The translations under genes and the position numbers were made by a program. From Felis catus (taxonomy: Eukaryota): DNA of 64,000 nt. The DNA lies in contig NC_058368.1 of the NCBI RefSeq assembly GCF_018350175.1, positions 140,680,001-140,744,000 on the forward strand. Direction: 5' to 3'. The stretch's first letter is position 1, and each line of letters opens with the position of its first letter. Positions 60,885 to 64,000 of this stretch are shown here, one piece after another. The notes beneath the pieces are model-generated. The model ran no database searches. It was not told the DNA's origin and worked only from the letters and a program-made list of their open reading frames with translations.

Positions 60885-62081
60885 AGTTAAAAGCACCCAA
60901 TGTTACCTTGGACATCCGGTCATTTTTTTTCAAGAACACCAACGACAGATTTGAACCATTCCCACTGGAAGACAACGAGGCGAAAAAACGGAAGTGGGTT
61001 CCCTGAAGACAGATTAAGCTCCATCAACAGAAGCCATCCTCTTCGAATACCGTCCTCTCTGCCCATCTCGAAAGATGCCTCAGGGTATCTGACCAGTGCC
61101 TGGCTGACGCTTTTTATCCCCTCCGTCTACACTGGTGTGTTCGTCGTAAGCCTTCCTCTGAATGTCATGGCCATCCTCGTGTTCATCCTGAAGATGAAGA
61201 TCAAGAAGCCTGCTGTGGTGTACATGTTACATCTGGCCACAGCAGACGTGCTGTTTGTGTCAGTACTCCCGTTCAAGATCAGCTACTACTTCTCCGGCAC
61301 TGATTGGAAATTTGGGTCCGAGATGTGTCGCTTCGTCACTGCAGCATTTTACTGTAACATGTACGCCTCCATCATGCTCATGACAGTCATTAGCATTGAC
61401 CGGTTTTTGGCTGTGGTGTACCCCATCCAATCCCTGTCCTGGCGCACTCTGGGAAGGGCCTCCTTCACTTGTTTGGCCATTTGGGCTATGGCCATCGCCG
61501 GGGTGGTGCCTCTCCTCCTCAAGGAGCAAACCACCCAGATGCCGGGGCTCAACATAACCACCTGCCATGACGTGCTCAATAAAACCCTGCTCGAAGACTA
61601 TTATGCCTTTTACTTCTCAGCCTTTTCTGCTGTCTTCTTCTTTGTACCGCTAATCATTTCCACAATCTGTTACGTGTCTATCATTCGATGTCTTAGCTCC
61701 TCTGCCGTTGCCAACCGGAGCAAGAAGTCCCGGGCTTTGTTCTTGTCGCTTGCTGTTTTCTGCATCTTCATCATTTGCTTTGGACCCACAAATGTCCTCC
61801 TGATTGTGCATTACTCATTCCTTTCTCAAGATTCCATGGCAGAAGCCACCTACTTTGCCTACCTCCTGTGTGTCTGTGTTAGCAGCATAAGCTGTTGCAT
61901 TGATCCCTTGATTTACTATTATGCTTCCTCTGAGTGCCAGAGGTACCTCTACAGTATCCTATGCTGCAAAGAAAGTTCTGATCCCAGCAGCTATAACAGC
62001 AGTGGTCAGTTGATGGCAAGTAAAGTGGATACTTGCTCTAGTAACCTCAGTAATAGCATATACAAAAAGCTCTTAACTTAG
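60885..62081 (+). CDS. F2R: F2R (PAR1) exon 2: thrombin site, tethered ligand and 7TM domain; apparent +1 frameshift at 60983-60988
   Basis: Long T tract plus AAG acceptor; (E)LKAPNVTLDIR/SFFFKNTNDRFEPF in one frame, then KNGSGF...DASGYLTSAWLTLFIPSVY...ISIDRFLAVVYP...TTCHDVL...CCIDPLIYYYAS...YSILCC...YKKLLT TAG in the +1 frame; 427 aa if one A is removed. Confidence 0.95.
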
Positions 62082-63200
62082 GAAAAGGGACTGCCAGTTA
62101 GTTGAAAAGAAAAGATTAAAAAAGTGAGTAACCTGAGGATTCTATTATTCCTTGCCAAAAAGGTATTTGTGATCAAAAGCAACACATCTATAATTTGCAT
62201 GCCTCTTTCTTATGAGAGCCATTAATCATATCTATTAGTTATAGGAAAAGATAACAAGAATAGAAAACAGTGTTATTCCAAGAGTATTGCCAGTGCTACA
62301 GTAATAACTGAATGTCATTTTTTTATATATTTATGTGACTTACTATGTATGTGTGTATGTGCATACATACACACACACGTGTTTGTATCATTTGGAGCAC
62401 AGTATAGAATAGGCACTTTGAAACCCTGTCTTTTTCCCCCCTAGGAAATAAACCCTAGTTTTCTGATTTTATGTGCAAAGTTTAGGTTGGTGGATGAACA
62501 TCTGAAGATGTTCATCAATAGGGAGGGATTCCGTGGTTTGGACTCATACGGCTTTTGCAAATAAATGTGTTTTGAAATTGTTCAACAGCAATGTTTAAGT
62601 TATTAAGGGATAAGACTTAGCACTATCTGTGTGTAGAAAAGGTTCTACTGTTTTTCATTTTAAACGTATCAAAGTTTGAATTCTGTAGATTATGAAAACA
62701 GATAGATGTCTCACGCCCTCTGTATGTAAAGCAAGAATGAGCATAGGTCCCACGAGTGACCTTAGGTTGGCTTTCAAAGCAGCCTGCCCCGGATGGAGGA
62801 CTCCAAGCAATAGATACAAAGCAGGGCCATTTCAGACATGGACTGGTCACAAACCCTCCAGCTGAGCCTCCCAGAGATCAGAACCAGGGCCACCACCGTT
62901 ACTTTCTCCTCCTGCGGTTCCCACAAGGGCTGGCTGTGAACTCTCTTGTTCATTAGAATTTGGCAAAGTAGGTTGTACTATCCCAGGAGATAATGAACGT
63001 AAAAGACTTTTCTCTGCCCGTTTTAAGAATAGAGAAGGAGGTCACATTCACTTCCAGCAATTATCTCACAAGGACCATTCTCAGATGGAAACACTCATGG
63101 AGCAAACATGAACACACGTTGTGTGCTCTGGGCACAATGATGGGTGCTGGGCATACAGAGTTGACTGCGACTGAGACCTGCCCTCAAAAAGAACGAAGTA

Positions 63201-63421
63201 GGGCGCCTGGGTGGCTCAGTCGGTTAAGTGTCTGACTTCGGCTCAGGTCATGATCTCACGGTCCGTGAGTTCGAGCCCCACGTCCGGCTCTGTGCTGACA
63301 GCTCAGAGCCTGGAGCCTGCTTCAGATTCTGTGTCTCCCTCTCTCTCTGACCCTCCCCCGTTCATGCTCTGTCTCTCTCTGTCTCAAAAATAAACATTAA
63401 AAAAAAATTAAAAAAAAAAAA
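63201..63421 (+). mobile_element. Feline SINE in the F2R 3' UTR
   Basis: Perfect TSD AAAAAGAACGAAGTA at 63186-63200 and 63422-63436. Confidence 0.93.
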
Positions 63422-63960
63422 AAAAAGAACGAAGTAGACCAGTACAGGGTGTGGTATGTGTATGATAAGTAAATATGTCCTTATCTAGAGAAGCTTTTTT
63501 AGCCCAGTGTAACCATGCAAGTTTCATACCAGCAAGGATCGTCAGTTGAAGAACTTTGAACATTTTGGGCTACTGTTTCCAATGGTTATAACTTCAGATG
63601 AAAACATAACACAATACAGGAATTACATTTTTAAAAAACAAGTCTTCCGTTCTACGCTGGTTGAACACTATTTATTTACAAATGTTTTCAAAATTAAAAA
63701 ATTTTTAAAGAATCATTTATGCTAGTTTGATGAGAAATAATAGGAGAAATTAAAACTGACTTTGAAATCTAGGAAAATTATTCTTTTCTTTCCATTTACT
63801 TTTTTTTTAAGAGTTAATGAGATGATTTTAAAAGCATTTTTTAACCCCATGATTCGTATCAAGTACAGGAAATCCTCATGGATTTGACAAAATAATTTGA
63901 AAATTACTTCGAAATGTATATTTTTTCCTTATGGAGCAATGTTGGCCTTTTAAACAAAAA

Positions 63961-63966
63961 AATAAA
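63961..63966 (+). terminator. F2R: Candidate F2R polyadenylation signal
   Basis: AATAAA about 1.9 kb after the stop in AT-rich UTR sequence. Confidence 0.55.
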
Positions 63967-64000
63967 ACAGTTTCAAGGCAAATGTTTACCTTTTCAAAAG

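Larger units (their letters stand above)
62082..63990 (+). other. F2R: F2R 3' UTR (end approximate), with an AU-rich element and a SINE insertion
   Basis: Follows the stop; ATTTATTTA at 63670-63678; AATAAA at 63961-63966. Confidence 0.65.

Noticed and set aside
60900..60982. ORF-track N-terminus MLPWTSGHFFSRT... as the true PAR1 start
   Set aside because: It is the out-of-frame reading of the conserved LDIR/SFFFKN exodomain. The real start is in exon 1.
60980..60990. Programmed ribosomal frameshift at GAAAAAAC as a novel recoding system
   Set aside because: A +1 shift would be needed, whereas A-AAA-AAC is a -1 motif and is not in the incoming frame. I see no obvious stimulatory structure, and known orthologues are in frame. 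A simple indel explains it.
2088..63393. Recurrent ~60-aa ORFs of the MAQSVKRPTSAQVMISR... type and a possible repeat-spacer array or tRNA genes
   Set aside because: All are Can-SINE copies with tRNA-derived heads, CT tracts, A tails and TSDs. They are dispersed and irregularly spaced, so they are not CRISPR arrays, tRNA genes or a peptide family.

Overview
Mammalian genomic DNA, almost certainly domestic cat or a close felid, judged from the dense feline-type Can-SINEs and a young carnivore L1. On the + strand the window holds the last 12 coding exons and 3' UTR of IQGAP2 (1-~34560; all GT-AG junctions join in frame to a TGA at 33726-33728). A 5'-truncated, frameshifted EEF1A1 processed pseudogene follows (~35764-37406), then a repeat-rich spacer and a CpG island. 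The two-exon F2R (PAR1, thrombin receptor) gene follows, with ATG at 47079, a 13.7 kb intron, TAG at 62081 and a poly(A) signal at 63961. The most notable observation is that F2R does not splice in frame as written. One extra A in an A6 run (60983-60988) separates the tethered-ligand frame from the 7TM frame and gives a TGA at 61004-61006. This is most likely a homopolymer assembly error, but it could be a real allele. The activation site also reads LDIR/SFFFKN instead of human LDPR/SFLLRN. Other points are a young 5'-truncated L1 with an uninterrupted ORF2 fragment, several tail-only insertions flanked by target-site duplications (TSDs), closely spaced inverted SINE pairs and an expanded polypyrimidine minisatellite. 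I found no convincing previously undescribed biological system. Repeat family names come from recognising consensus sequences by eye, and repeat boundaries are approximate.
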